Below, in pieces: positions 10,319 through 22,059 of a stretch of 64,000 nucleotides of DNA; the stretch's first letter is position 1; the number at the start of each line of letters is the position of its first letter. The position numbers and the translations under genes were made by a program. The stretch is from Octopus sinensis (taxonomy: Eukaryota), in the NCBI RefSeq assembly GCF_006345805.1, contig NC_043009.1, forward strand, positions 22,258,001 through 22,322,000, read 5' to 3'. The notes beneath the pieces are model-generated. The model was given only the letters and a program-made list of their open reading frames with translations. It was not told the origin of the DNA and did no database searches.

Positions 10319-10877
10319 GTATAACCATGTTTATATAAATTGGTGATGAATTATAGTGAAACGTTTCCTCTCTATGAGATTGTCATCAACATTTCTCACA
10401 TTCACTGCTTAATATTTGTAGCAGATTAATTTCATTTGAAATAAGCTTGGATTAAATTACAAAGACACTTTCTGCACCTTCAGATATCAGCAAAGATAAA
10501 AGTTGATAAAAATATAACAAAACAAACTGCTGGTACGTGTAAGTTATAAAATGAGAAATAAGAAAAATATTCCTACAGAGTAGTGAGAGCCAAAAATTAT
10601 GGAAGATTTAATTACATAAGAAAGTTTGAGAGTTGATTTTCTTTTTCTTAATGCCCTTAACATTGAAACCAGCCATACCCTGCCTATATATTCTGACTAT
10701 TTTACAATCAGTACAACAAGATTTGGCCTATCATACCTACCCTGCAATGCCACTCTCAAAAAAATCACATCTTTGAAGTTGCAAACCTATGAGATAATGC
10801 AGGTTTAATTCAAAACAACTTGAATAAAAATAGAATTACAAATAGCAGAGTAATTTGAATACTAAAAGGTTTAAAAG

Positions 10878-12266
10878 ATGCCGAAAGAGGTAGGGAAAAC
10901 ACCATACCAATGTGATATGTGTCAAAAATCGTTCTCTCAAGAACATCACCTTACAACTCACAAATATATTCACACAGGAGAAAAACCATATTACTGTGAT
11001 ATCTGTGGTAAAACATTTCGTCAGAATGTACACTTAATTGTCCACAAACGTATTCATACAGGAGAAAAACCATATCACTGTGACACCTGTGGTAAATCAT
11101 TCGCTACGAAAACAAACTTAATTCGACACAAGCTTATTCATACAAGAGAGAAACAGAATCACTTTGATGTTTGTCGTAAATCATTTCCTTGGCATGCCAG
11201 TGTAGATAAAGACAATCGCACACATACGGGGATGAAACCTTATCGCTGTGATATCTGTGGTAAATCATTCTCTCGGAGTGGTAACTTAGCTAGACACAAG
11301 CACATTCATACGGGAGAGAAGCCATATTGCTGTGATATCTGTGGCAAATCGTTCTCTCAGAATGGTCACTTAGCTAGGCACAATCGCATTCATACAGGAG
11401 AAAAACCATATTCCTGCGATATCTGTGGAAAATCATTCTCTCACAAAACTAACTTGGCTCAGCACCATCACATTCATTCAGAAGAGAAGACATTTCGATG
11501 TGATATCTGTGGTAAATCCTTCTCTCGGAATGACCACTTAGTTGTGCACAATCGCATTCATACAGGAGAGAAGCCATATCGCTGTGATATCTGTGGTAAA
11601 TTCTTCTCTCGGAATGAGCTATTAGCTACGCACAATCGCATTCATACAGGAGAGAAGCCATATTGCTGTGGCATCTGTGGTAAATCATTCTCTCAGAATC
11701 AGCACTTAGCTAAGCACTATCGTATTCATACAGGGGAGAAACCTTATCACTGTGATATCTGTGGTAAATCATTTCCTTGGCGTGCCAATTTAGCTAAACA
11801 CAGTCACATACATACAGGGGAGAAACATTATCACTGTGATATCTGTGGTAAATCATTTGCTTTGAGTGATAGCTTAGCTAAACACTGTCGCATACATACA
11901 GGAGAGAAGCCATATCGCTGTGATATCTGTGGTAAATCATTCTCTCAGAATTATCACTTAACTGCACACAATCGCATTCATACAGGAGAGGAGCCGTATT
12001 GCTGTGATATCTGTGGTAAATCATTCTCCCAGAGTAATAGTCTGGCTAAGCACAATCACATTCATACTGGAAAGAAACCATATTGTTGTGATATCTGTGG
12101 TAAATCATTCTCCCGCAGTGATCACTTAGCTAAACACTATCGTATTCATACAGGGGAGAAGCCATATTGTTGTGATATCTGTGGTAAATCATTCTCTCAG
12201 AATTATCACTTAACTAAACACAATCGCATTCATACAGGAGAGAAGCCATATCCCTGTGATATCTGA
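10878..12266 (+). CDS. Poly-C2H2 zinc-finger protein ZNF-1 (462 aa; 16 finger units, unit 4 degenerate; stop inside unit 17)
   Basis: 28-aa C-x2-C-x12-H-x3-H repeats with TGEKP linkers after a 9-aa leader. No accessory domain in this ORF. Confidence 0.92.
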   Translation: MPKEVGKTPYQCDMCQKSFSQEHHLTTHKYIHTGEKPYYCDICGKTFRQNVHLIVHKRIHTGEKPYHCDTCGKSFATKTNLIRHKLIHTREKQNHFDVCRKSFPWHASVDKDNRTHTGMKPYRCDICGKSFSRSGNLARHKHIHTGEKPYCCDICGKSFSQNGHLARHNRIHTGEKPYSCDICGKSFSHKTNLAQHHHIHSEEKTFRCDICGKSFSRNDHLVVHNRIHTGEKPYRCDICGKFFSRNELLATHNRIHTGEKPYCCGICGKSFSQNQHLAKHYRIHTGEKPYHCDICGKSFPWRANLAKHSHIHTGEKHYHCDICGKSFALSDSLAKHCRIHTGEKPYRCDICGKSFSQNYHLTAHNRIHTGEEPYCCDICGKSFSQSNSLAKHNHIHTGKKPYCCDICGKSFSRSDHLAKHYRIHTGEKPYCCDICGKSFSQNYHLTKHNRIHTGEKPYPCDI

Positions 12267-12500
12267 AGTAAATCATTCTCTCAGAATGATAGCTTAGCTA
12301 AACACTGTCACATTCATACAGGAGAGAAGCCATATTGCTCTGATATCTGTGGTAAATCATTCTCTCAGAATTATCACTTAACTAAACACAATCGCATTCA
12401 TACAGGAGAGAAACCGTATCAATGTGATATCTGTGGTAAATCGTTCTCTCAGAATGATTGCTTAGGTAAGCACAGTCAATTTTATTCAGAAGAGAAAATA
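12267..12500 (+). pseudogene. Finger units continuing in frame after the ZNF-1 stop codon
   Basis: GATATC TGA AGT AAA replaces GATATC TGT GGT AAA. The rest of unit 17 and units 18-19 follow in frame. Confidence 0.85.
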
Positions 12501-13423
12501 TTTCAAGCCTTCTACCTAGAGCAGCAAATTTTTTTATGTCAGTTTAACATGTATTTTATTGTATAAAAAAAAGTTCTTTAAGCAAAATTTGGGTGAACTG
12601 ACGAACTATAAGCCATATATAAACAAATATATTGTTTCATTTTCCCTGAGTTTTTTATTGTTGTGCAAATGTAAGTCTTCTTTGTTTAACTAATTCTTGA
12701 GCTTCAGATATTTTACTCTCTTTAAGAAAGAATTACATTTTCAATAATATCATATCAAAAACAAGGTTAAAAGGAAAAAAATCCAGAATCCATAGGCCAT
12801 GGTGCTCCATATATGACTGAAAGACTTCCTCAGGTGGTGCTATTAAGTTACACATGGCCCAGGCCTTACTGGCTGGATCCTATTAGAGTTATCAACATTA
12901 TTGGGAATTTGTGAGTTTGAGTAAAGTAGTTTCACCAACCTCTCAAATTTTAATAGCATTCCCAAGAAAAGTTAGTTTTGACCATTGTAAGTAATTATAT
13001 CTTCACATTTATACCATAATATTTATTAATAAAGTTTTTAGAAAAACTCATGTCTTGTCAACAATTTCTTGTTCTTAAGAAATTATCAATTACTTTGTAA
13101 TACTAAAGCAAATACTACAGTACAACTTCATATGTGGCAAAAGGGCAGTTGAGTTGGCAGAACTAAAGGATCACTGAATTATATTTTTTCTGTATATTTT
13201 CTAAAATAACCTATTCTTAAATATTTTCTAATTCATGGAATTTATGTATCATAGTTGTTTCTATAAAATAGCCATTATTGATATTTTGTTCTTTTTAAAT
13301 TTTATAACTACTATTGATGAGAAATAAAAAAAACATACACTACCATTTGTTTTTTTCTTTCTTCTTACATTCAATATAGAATTTATGTTCACACAAACAC
13401 ACATGATTTTGGTTATTCTTCAG

Positions 13424-16180
13424 CATCATCATTGTTTAACGTCTGCTAGCATGTGTTGGACGGTTTGACTGAGGACTGGCAAACCAGATGGCTGCACCAG
13501 GCTTCACTCTTGATCTGGCAGTTTCTACAGCTGGATGCCCTTCCTATCGCCAACCATGCCGAGATTGTAGTGGGTGCTTTTACGTGACACCAACACGAGG
13601 GCCAGTCAGGCACTACTGGCAATGACCTCGCTTGAATCTTTTTATACATGCCAACGGCACAGGTGCCAGTAAGGCGATGCTGGTAACGATCCCGCTCGAA
13701 TGGTGCCTCCTACATGCCACCAGCACGGAAGCTAGTTAGCTGCTCTGGCAACGATCATGCTCAGATGGTGCTCTAAACACCCTACTAGCATGGGGCACAA
13801 GTGCCAGTAAGGCGAAGCTAGTAACGATCACACTTAAATGGTGCCTTTTATGTGCAGTCGTCTCTCTTGCACACCACATCTGATGCTTCTTAGGTCACAC
13901 TTTTCTCTCAAGGTATTTACACTCTGTCGAGTATGCACACTGACATTAAACATCCATCGGATCATACTGGTTTCATTCCTTGCGAGCTTATGCATGTCCC
14001 CAGCAGTCACAGCCCATGTTTCACTGCCATGTAGCATGGCTGTTCGTACACATGCATCATACAGTCTACCTTTTACTCTGAGCGAGAGGTCCTTTGTCAC
14101 CAGCAGGGTTAAGAGCTCTCTGAACTTTGCCCAAGCTATTCTTATTCTAGCAGCTACACTTTCAGAGCACCCTCCCCGGCTACTGACTTGGTCACCTAGG
14201 TAACGGAAGCTATCAACTACTTCTAGTTTTTCCCCCTGGAATGTGGCAGAAGTTGTTCTCTGCGCATTGTCAGTGTTTATTGCACCTGAGCATCTGCCAC
14301 ATACAAAAGCTATCTTCCCAGTTAGCCTTCCTTTGATATTACTGCACCTCATGTGTCCATAGTTTACACTGGGTATATCTTATAGAGTTTCTACCTACAC
14401 CTCTACTACAGATCAAGCAGGGCCATCTACCTGAAGGGATTTGTGGTTTGCCTGCCTTACTACTTATTAGGAGTTTGGTTATAGCTACATTGACTCTAAG
14501 GCCCTTCGAGTCTAATCCTTGTTTCCACACTTGAAACTTCTCTAGTTCTGAGAGTGACTCAGCAATTAGAGCAAGGTCATCAGCATAGAGGAGCTCCCAG
14601 GGGCATGCTGTCTTGAATTCCTCTGTTATTGCCTGGAGGACTATGATAAATAGGAGGGTGCTGAGGACTGAACCTTGGTGGACCCCTACCTCTACCCAGA
14701 ATTCTTCAGTGTACTCGTTGCCAACCCTCACCTTACTGACAGCATCCTTGTACATGGCTTGCACAGCTCTCACTAACCATTCATCTATTCCTAGTTTCCT
14801 CATTGATCACCAGATAAGGGACTGGGGGACCCTGTCAAAGGCTTTCTCCATGTCAACGAAAGCGAGGTACAGGGGCTTATCTTTGGCTAGGTATTTCTCC
14901 TGCAGCTGTCTTACCAGAAATAAAACATCATTGGTGCTTTTCCTTGGCACGAAACCAAACTGCATCTCATCCAAACTGACTCTCTCCCTAATTAATTGGG
15001 CTATGACCCTCTCCGTGACCTTCATTACCTGATTCAAAAGCTTGATACCTCTGTATCTAAAGCGTCACCTTTACAGAGAGAGGTTTGGAGACACCATAAA
15101 GAAAATGAATGGGAGAAAGAGAGTCTGCCAAATGTCGACCCAACAGAGGGACCAGCTTTGTAGCAGTTGACTATTATGCTGCTACACCAGTCATTGGGTA
15201 TGATTCCTTTGTATATCAACTGGTTAACTATGCGGGTGACTAGGCTATAGCCAACACTGCCAGATATTTTGAGTATCTCTGCAGTAATTCCTGATGGGCC
15301 GGGGGCTTTCCCTGTCTTCATTCTTCTAGTTGCCTTATCTACTAAGGTACTGTCAACTCAGATAGCTGGTCCCTCTGTTGGGTCGACATTTGGCAGACTC
15401 TCTTTCTCCCATTCATTTTCTTTATGGTGTCTCCAAACCTCTCTCTTTGCAGCCCCATTTAGCACAAGAGAACTATCATCCATGCGGACACATTTCTCTC
15501 CTACAACATCTCAATTCTCTATCACACACTGTCTTGCAGCACGAAATGCCTCAAGTCTTTCAGTGCAGAACATTGGCAAATTTTTTCTCATCTGCTTCCC
15601 CTCTGGCTAAGTAAACCTGTCTCCTAGCTTCTCTTCTAGCAGTCTGATACAATTCCCTGCTACCACCGTTCTTCCAGTCCTTCCAAGCCTGTCTCTTTTC
15701 TCTAATAGCCCTGTCTACAACATTGTTTCACCACCATGTTATTTTGGGTCGAGAGGGGACTTTGCACCATCCACAGATCTGGTCAGTGGTTCTCAGCAGG
15801 TTGTCCCGTAGAAACCTCCAGTTGTCTTCTACACTATGTGAAGCTATATCCTCTTCTATTTCGTCAAAGGCTTCGAGTAATATGTCTCTAAATCTCTGTC
15901 CATTTGCAGGATCTTTAAGCTTCCAGACCCCTATTTTCTATGTTGTGGGGTACATTCTTCACCTGGGAAGGTTTTGGCATTTATAAGCAGCCATCTTTCC
16001 CTTTTTCTGGCAAGGATGTAGTCAATTTGGCTAGTATGTCGGCCCAATCGGTAGGTGACTAGGTGACTGGTAGGTTTCCTGAAGTTAGTATTGCAAACCA
16101 TAAGATCATTTGCATCGCAGAACTCCAGCAGCCTGGTTCCCTCCTCTTTGCGGGAACCATAGCCGTAGCCTCCTTCTTGG
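13424..16180 (-). mobile_element. RTE LINE, 5'-truncated and degenerate (endonuclease to 3' tail)
   Basis: Minus-strand pieces give GYGSRKEE/LLEFCDAND (endonuclease), LAFVDMEKAFDRVP, GVHQGSVLS, LLYADD and AMLHGSETW. (GAT)n tail at 13424-13432. The flanks rejoin as in the empty paralogous site at ~31590-31620. Confidence 0.9.
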
Positions 16181-16664
16181 TTAGTGTAAATGCTATAGTC
16201 AAAAATATTAGTTGCAATAATCCAATTTTCAAATACTAGAAATGATCAGTTAATGAGGAAGGGAAAAACTTAAAGCAATACATTGATAAAAACAAATGAA
16301 TAGATTCGGCAGTTTTAGCAGATTCAGTGAAACAGTGTTGTTCACTATACATCTTTGTGGTTGTTGAATGTAATACTTTTTTCAAAGATCTGAATATTCC
16401 TGAATTTTCATTCGATTTGTTTACTTCAGTCTCAATTGTATCACTGCCTCTGTGTGTGTGTAAAACAAAAAACACAAAGTGGAGTTTAAAATGGTTTGGT
16501 AGCATTTTACTGATGCATTTTAAAATTACATCAGGCAAGTTGGAAACTAAAAGATGACCTATTAATCAACATGACAAACTGTAGATGTTAGTGTGTGCAC
16601 TTTCTTACTGCAAAATGCATTCTTTATTGGTAGATGAAGAATGCTGTTCATTGCACATCTTTTC

Positions 16665-16987
16665 CCTTTTTTTTTACTGGTTTCAGTCACACGATTGCAG
16701 TCATGCTGGGGCACCACCATGCCAATCTTTTTAGTTGAATGAATCGACCCCAGTACTTACTTTTTGTAAAGCCTGGTATGTATTCTATCACCATCTTTTG
16801 CTGAACAGCTAAGTTACAGGGACACATAGATATATACAACGGGCATCTTTCAGTTTCCCTCCACCAAATCTACTCACAAGGCTTTCGTTAACCTGAGGTT
16901 ATAGTAGAAGACATGTCCATGGGTCATGAAGTGGGACTGAACCTAGAACCATGTAGTTGGAAAGCAAACTTCTCACACAGCCATGGA
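16665..16987 (-). mobile_element. tRNA-derived octopus-type SINE
   Basis: On the minus strand: head ATGGCTGTGTGAGAAG...GGTTCAGTCCC (A/B-box-like), body AAAGCCTTGTGAGTAGATTTGG, tail GGGGTCGATT...CCAGCATGACTGCA...ACTGAAACCAG. Partial copies lie at ~33415-33590, 38280-38460, 40590-40740, 47190-47640, 56160-56360 and 63770-63890. Confidence 0.7.
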
Positions 16988-17114
16988 CAAGGAATATGTT
17001 TTTGAAAAAAAAAAAGTCAACAAAATTATGGAAGAACAAAGCAAATGATTAGTAATATCAAGTTAGAGAAATGTGTAACTATTATCATACGCTAATCAAA
17101 TCTGTTGTGAATTT

Positions 17115-17770
17115 CTGAATCTCTCCTCATCCTGTTAGTAGAATATATCTTTCTCTCTTTGTTCACAACATCTTGAAGTTTTAATGCAATTTCTTTACAG
17201 ACTTGTGCTAGTGCTACAAACTAGGTTTTGAGCCCTTCTGAAACTAATTGGCATCAGAACACAATGTTCTTGATGAAGTACACTGCCTCCTTTGAGTATC
17301 TGTTTGCCACTTTGTTTTTGCATTCTGTGTTTCTCTGTTTTTTGGTCTGTTTTCACCATGTCATATGCAGGTCATTTCAGTTTCCATTTAGCTTCAGTGT
17401 TCTTACATTTCATATGGCAATTGTGATGCTCCCTCATCAAAAATCTTTCCTGTTAGGTCACATGTAGTACACAAACAAAACCACCCTGGTGGAAGATAAC
17501 ACTATCATTGGCAACCAAGGCCACAAGTGATTCGATATAGAGTTGTTGCTTGGCTTGTTTGTCATACAACATCTTGGCTATGTAAAGTGATACGTCTCCA
17601 GATTGAAAAACAGCTAATTTCTTTCAGCTATGTACCTTGTCCTGACAATAAACAAAGCACAGGTGTGGCAGGGTAGTTTTGTTTGTATACTACTTGTGAC
17701 CTAACAGAAATTATTTTTCACAGAAGGAACATCACAATTGCCACATGAATTGTAAGAACACTGAAACTAA
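17115..17770 (-). pseudogene. Intron remnant of a lost minus-strand ZNF unit
   Basis: Collinear on the same strand with the ZNF-4 intron (~37330-37800) and the ZNF-5 intron (~54745-55230). Part of it is the reverse complement of ZNF-1 intron 9070-9260. Confidence 0.7.
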
Positions 17771-18800
17771 ATGGAAACTAAAATAACCTGCATGGTGAAG
17801 CAGTGTCTCCACCTCTCAGCTTCTCCGCAGGTAGTCAATGCAAGCAAGAAATGATAGGAATTCCCTTTGTTTCGATAGTGAGTAATACTGCCCACTATAA
17901 AGTTTAAATTGCTTAATTCTGGAAAGGAATTCAAGAGACATTGGTGTGGGTCGTGAGAAGCAGTGATAAAGAAAACTGGACAGGTCAACAGGGTCGATGA
18001 TCGATGACCAGGAATGGAAAGGTCCGTGGACTCGTCCCATAATCGATAAGCATGCATGTCCACGAGAAGACTGTAGTGATGCAAAGAATCGGCACCTAAC
18101 ATAGGATATAGCTGAGCTGCAACGATAAAATCAAGGTAAACGCCCTATGCAAGTCCAAATCCTGAGAGCGGGGGATTTCGTCATACGTAAGAATAGCAAA
18201 GTGATAGACAGTTCACGTGGAAGCACGGAAACGTCTGTGATGTCAACAGAACGACGATGAATACGAAGGAGAACGATGACATAGTGCAAACGAATGATTC
18301 CATGACCGACGTCGAGAAGACTGAGTCTGTGAGACATGAAAGAGTTGCACTTCCCTAGTAAGATCCAATAATGCCTTTAAAATAGCCGCCGAATTGGACT
18401 CCTGATCCGACGACAACGAAGCAACAGGCAGAAAGGAAGAAGAAGGGTTTGCTGATGCTCCCAACGGAATAGGTGTGGCAGGATTGCAAGTATAATCCAT
18501 GATATTCGCAGCAGAAACCGAAATGGTTTCCGTCATATACACCAAAATGGTCTGAACGTTAGGTTGCAGTCTGGAGAAAAAGCGTTGTTTGATCATTATA
18601 CAATCTGCTGGTGAATTTTCGGCTAGTTCCTTCATTTGTCTCAATAGCTGTGAAGGCATATGATCAGCAAGGTGTTCATCGTTCACTTATGTGCGAAACT
18701 TCTGCTCTGCTAATATGGAAGTCTGTCAAAAAGTCACTGTCTTAACATCTGATGCTGGGTGGGTAACAAGATGCTTATCTTCTGACCTTAAAGAAGCCTA
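17770..18800 (-). mobile_element. Decayed Gypsy gag-protease fragment (family A)
   Basis: HLADHMPSQLLRQMKEL gag motif and a protease-region peptide (LGADSLHHYSLLVD). Homologous to 29555-29990 and 43600-44600. Confidence 0.75.
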
Positions 18801-19186
18801 TTGGCAGTCATTCAGCAGAAGTCCCGCGACGCCATAACCTTCAGCGAAGAAACATTGACGTTTCACACCAGACTCCGTACCACCGGCTTCTGCTTGTTCG
18901 TTTCTCATATCGTCACCACTGCAAACGTCTTATCTATCAGTGCAATTGTCTGTTTTCATGCCTTCCCTCTGATTCCTACACATCTACGCTCACTTTGATC
19001 AACACTTGTCAGCAATCCAAAACAAATTACTATGCTTTAAAAACAAAACATGCCTTCTGACATTTATGCATACATTTATTTCCACGGTATATTGGGACAC
19101 TATTACATTCGAACACACGACAATCAACCCTATTACATTTAGAACCACTAATATTAATAGCTTACCACTAAATTTGGTGAACACGA

Positions 19187-19890
19187 AACTCACTAAAACT
19201 TTTTCCATCTACGTTCAGGTATTAAAAATAGAGTTACTTCCCCTTTAACCGTTTTTATGAGTTCTTCATTATTACTTTTCCTACATAAACTTGCTATTAA
19301 TTAAAACATTTAGATTTAATTCGTCAGAACAAGTTTGCAACTGACACTAAGGAAATCATACTGACTGTAAATCATTGCGAATTTACTTAATTTAGAGTGG
19401 TCATTCCTAGCGATCGTCGAGATGTTTGTTTTACAGTAAACGTTGACGTTATGCCCTGTCTCTTTCAATTATATTATGCCATCTTCCTCGTCGGTTATAT
19501 ATTATGTAAGTATTATTCATATAAACATCGGTATTGTATACGTTTTTTCATATTCGTTTTCTACACAGTTGTTAACACCCAGTAGGCTGCGGGGGAGGGG
19601 GGTTGTGTGTTTTCGTTAATTGGTGAGGATCTTTATATTGTGTTGTATCTGGGGAGTGTCATTCTCTTTTAGTGCCTTATAATTTAACACTCAACCATAA
19701 AATTTCCACTCATTTACTTATTTTACTAAATATTTCTTTATATTGACCGTCACTTTTACATACATCTAGTTGATTTGTTGTGAGCAGTAGAAATAAAAGG
19801 AAGAAACGAAAGATATCTCACGAACTAACGATGTTGTATTTATAATTGCACTGTTTTTTAAATCTGTATTTCAGTTTTCATTCTTCCCAG
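19187..19890 (+). repeat. Upstream module, copy 2; preceded by 18800-19187, which is homologous to 40040-40480 reversed
   Basis: Near-identical to 2445-3155. Confidence 0.85.
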
Positions 19891-19963
19891 GGCGCACATG
19901 GCGGAGCCGTAACCTATCCCACTTCCCCTTTATCTTATCTTTTTACGGAAACCCACATCGGTA

Positions 19964-20179
19964 CTATTTAAGAAGAGTGGTCCCGGTGCGCGCCTTCGCA
20001 TATTCGCGCATCCACGCTAGCAAGTCGTGATTAGTCGATCCTACAACGACTATCTAGCAAAGTAAATAACACAAAGTAAATAATTTTTTTAAACAAAGTA
20101 AATAAAACATAAAGTAAGGATCCACTAGGCACGACTAGCTGGCGCGAGTGCGCGCACCGGGACCACTCTTCTTAAATAG
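19964..20179. mobile_element. Tc1/mariner-type MITE, copy 2, without the nested insert
   Basis: TA|CTATTTAAGAAGAGTGG...CCACTCTTCTTAAATAG|TA. Confidence 0.8.
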
Positions 20180-20269
20180 TACCCATTTTCGGCTATCGTG
20201 ATTTCGATTTGGCAAAAACGCGACTTCATAATTTTGATTCTGCTATTGACATCCTTATTCTAATCCTTT

Positions 20270-20465
20270 GGATGTAGGATAACTAAGCGGAAGGGAAAAG
20301 GAGAGACTGCGCAGGAGGATCGGCAGGGACCAGATGACGTCAAGTCTGCCTCTTTTTGCGTCGCTCTTCTAGAATTTGTTTTGAAGGGATCCGAGCTGAG
20401 GAGATATGTCGAGTCAACAGATGATACCTGAATAATCTGGCCGCGGTACCCAATTGCAACTCAAG
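20270..20465 (+). promoter_or_regulatory. Putative promoter and exon 1 of ZNF-2
   Basis: Essentially identical to 3720-3917. CRE at 20335-20342 and GC donor-aligned site at 20466-20467. Confidence 0.6.
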
Positions 20466-20766
20466 GCATGAGCAACTATATTTCCGTACCTTTAAACTAC
20501 AATTCCTTAGCACAGAGTTTGAAATCAGTCATAAAACATTTAAACAATAATTAAGCGACTACAGTAAACAGCAACATATGTGTGAGATATAAGCATGTAC
20601 GAATTGTCTGGACGATCTTTCGTTTTGACTCGAAAAATCATTACAAAGAACTCGGTAATTTCCGTGACCGCGTGTGGTCTTGTCAACTGTGATTTGACTT
20701 ATCAAAACGGCAAGAGAAATATATTACCATATGAAATGTGAGAACACTGAAGCTAAATGGAAACAG

Positions 20767-21420
20767 GATCTTTTCCTTTTGAACGGCAGACAATTTCTAG
20801 TTAACTAAACTACACACTTTCTGTTTCCAAATGTCAACAGCAACAACATTAAAAGATTAATATGTTATTTTAAATAAGTTCAACAAAATGCAGCCATGGC
20901 TGTGTGGATATGGAGTCTACTTTGTAACCAGATGGTGTTAAATTCTATCTCACCATGTGACACAGGAAAGAATTTCGGATCTTTTCCTTTTGAACGGCAG
21001 TTTGTAACATAATTTCTAGGTAACTAAAAAGTTTTAAACTTCGTATACTGGTAGAATGTGTTTATAAAATATCATTTTCTCTTGGTTTTATTGAGAAAAT
21101 TCTATAGTTTGTAAGATATTTCGTCTGAAAATCCGAGCATTTCGGCAATTTTAACCAATCGATTACCTCCAATGAACTAAAATCATTTGCTGCGTCTAAA
21201 ACTGAGACAACATCCTGTCACTAACCCTAACCCTAAATTTTTTTTCTTAATTGTTAATTTAATTGTTACGCGTGTAAAAAAAAACGAAAGCAATGGAAAA
21301 TAATTTAAACAATGAACAAACAAAATAATTCTAGAATTTTATACACACGCTATCCGTATACGTACGGAATTAAATTAATTTAACAATTAAGAAAAAAAAA
21401 ATTAGGGTTAGGGTTAGGGG
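20767..21420. mobile_element. Composite non-autonomous repeat ending in a telomere-repeat-tipped inverted repeat
   Basis: GGATCTTTTCCTTTTGAACGGCAG occurs twice (~20766 and ~20977). Arms (CCCTAA)n-TTTTTTTTCTTAATTGTTAA at 21221-21256 and TTAACAATTAAGAAAAAAAAAA-(TTAGGG)n at 21380-21417. Absent from the ZNF-1 intron. Confidence 0.55.
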
Positions 21421-21479
21421 CAGGTTTATAATAATAATGAAATTATTGTATACAGTGCTCAGGTGCACCACAACTTGTC

Positions 21480-21980
21480 AGAAAGTGTATATAAAGTACA
21501 TGCAGTAATGTAGAAATGTCTGGAAAGCGAACAATGTATGAGTCAGATACATGCTTGTGTGTGTATGGAGGGGAGAAAATCAAGTGTAGTGTTGGCGAAT
21601 CTCAGGAAGCATGGAAGTTTTGAAGGATGCAGTGCTCCGACAACTAACAACTGATGCCGGCAGTTTGTTCCATGCTTCAGCAACTCTCAGCGTGAAAAAA
21701 TGTTTCCTGAAGTCATGGGAGCTGTGCTGTTTTCTTACTTTGTAAATATGTCCACGGGTGTTAGATGGGTGGAGTTTGAAAAGGTGCTCAGAGTTATTGT
21801 TTGTACGATGGTCGATAATTTTATAGGTGTCTGCCAAGTCAGCTGCCAGACGTCGGAGTTTCAATGTGTCCATGCCCAGGGAAGTAAGGCGTTCAGGATA
21901 TGGCAAATGCCTGATGGAGGGTATTCTTTTGGTTGCACGTCGCTGAACAGCTTCCAGACGATTGATATCCTGGGCAAGAT
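21480..21980 (-). mobile_element. CR1-clade LINE 3' fragment
   Basis: ORF 21580-21906: YPERLTSL...RRLAADL...YKI...TRGH.YKV...RKHFFTLRVAEAWNKLPASVV...FKT, the characteristic CR1 ORF2 C-terminus. Confidence 0.85.
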
Positions 21981-22059
21981 AGGATTAGTGATAGGATGTT
22001 GTCTCAGTTTTAGACGCAGCAAATGATTTTAGCTCAGAAGAGAGCATAGGATTGGTTAA

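Noticed and set aside
10484-10578. Additional small exon 10484-10532 followed by a 46-nt intron
   Set aside because: The implied intron is very short and the donor is not clearly conserved in ZNF-4 or ZNF-5. It needs RNA data.
10230-10880. The 97-nt exon peptide as an N-terminal effector domain fused to the fingers
   Set aside because: The exon ends in phase 2, and an in-frame TAA lies at 10872-10874 just before the finger ATG. No plausible in-frame acceptor was found, so it is kept only as a uORF candidate.
21221-21417. TTAGGG/CCCTAA repeats as a telomere or fusion site
   Set aside because: There are only 2-3 units per arm, and they form the tips of a short inverted-repeat element.
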